Source: Cetorhinus maximus
Taxonomy: Eukaryota
Direction of reading: 5' to 3'
Assembly (NCBI RefSeq): GCF_964194155.1
Contig: NC_135881.1
Coordinates: 17,608,001 to 17,672,000 of the forward strand
DNA length: 64,000 bases
This document shows, one piece after another, positions 63,671-64,000 of the stretch. The position numbers were made by a program, and so were the translations under genes. Within the stretch, counting starts at the first letter, position 1, and each line of letters begins with the position of its first letter. The notes under the pieces are model-generated. The model was not told the DNA's origin, did no database searches, and worked only from the letters and a program-made list of their open reading frames with translations.

Positions 63671-64000
63671 CTCTCCAAAGTTGGTCAGTTTGTAAAGTTT
63701 TCAAGACGAAAAGCTCTGCCGATAGGCCAATCGTTCCTCCCCGCTCTCTGTCTTGACGCTCTGCGTATGGGCCAATCAGATCCCCTCGCTTTCCGACGCT
63801 CTGCTGTCGGCCAATCATTCCGCTCCCTCTCTGTCCACCGCCCCGTCGTTGGCCAATGAGCGACGCGGCCCCGCGTCCTGTTGTGTAGCAACAAGCAGCT
63901 GATTAGCAACAGAGAGAAGCGGCGGGTTGTCCGGCAGATCACAGGCAAGGGGCAGTCTCTGGGCCTTGCTCTATAACATGGTTTTTAATGCACCCAATTA

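Larger units (their letters stand above)
62640..63965. promoter_or_regulatory. CpG-island promoter of GORASP1, probably bidirectional; 4 CCAAT boxes, GC boxes and an X-box-like motif
   Basis: High GC and CpG content; CCAAT at 63727, 63772, 63811 and 63853; GTTGTGTAGCAAC at 63880-63892; many CCCGCCC. Confidence 0.8.

Noticed and set aside
62804-63756. Six overlapping Pro/Arg/Gly-rich ORFs
   Set aside because: By-products of a GC-rich minisatellite; kept only as possible uORFs

Overview
This is vertebrate genomic DNA, most likely from a shark or other elasmobranch, judging by the repeat families (dense CR1, L2, Deu-domain SINE and Penelope-like repeats). The one complete protein-coding gene I can reconstruct is GORASP1 (GRASP65) on the minus strand. 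It has 9 coding exons from 62914 down to 31895, all with GT-AG introns and consistent phases, giving 1251 nt / 416 aa. A repeat-poor putative 3' UTR runs to about 28.5 kb, and a CpG-island promoter at about 62.6-64 kb carries a ~30-bp minisatellite, four CCAAT boxes and an RFX X-box-like motif. A second CpG island at about 6.2-7.1 kb holds the probable first coding exon of an unidentified minus-strand gene, with two uORFs and an upstream pentamer-based higher-order repeat. The rest is nested transposon debris: CR1 (two lineages), L2, RTE, Tx1/L1, a SCAN-domain Gmr1-like LTR element, PIF/Harbinger, short solo LTRs and Penelope-like elements. The Penelope termini carry minimal hammerhead-ribozyme motifs and often form TSD-flanked fold-back insertions. 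Most ORFs in the supplied track are decayed TE fragments or by-products of repeats. No prokaryote-type system such as CRISPR is present. Repeat boundaries are approximate because they were read by eye.
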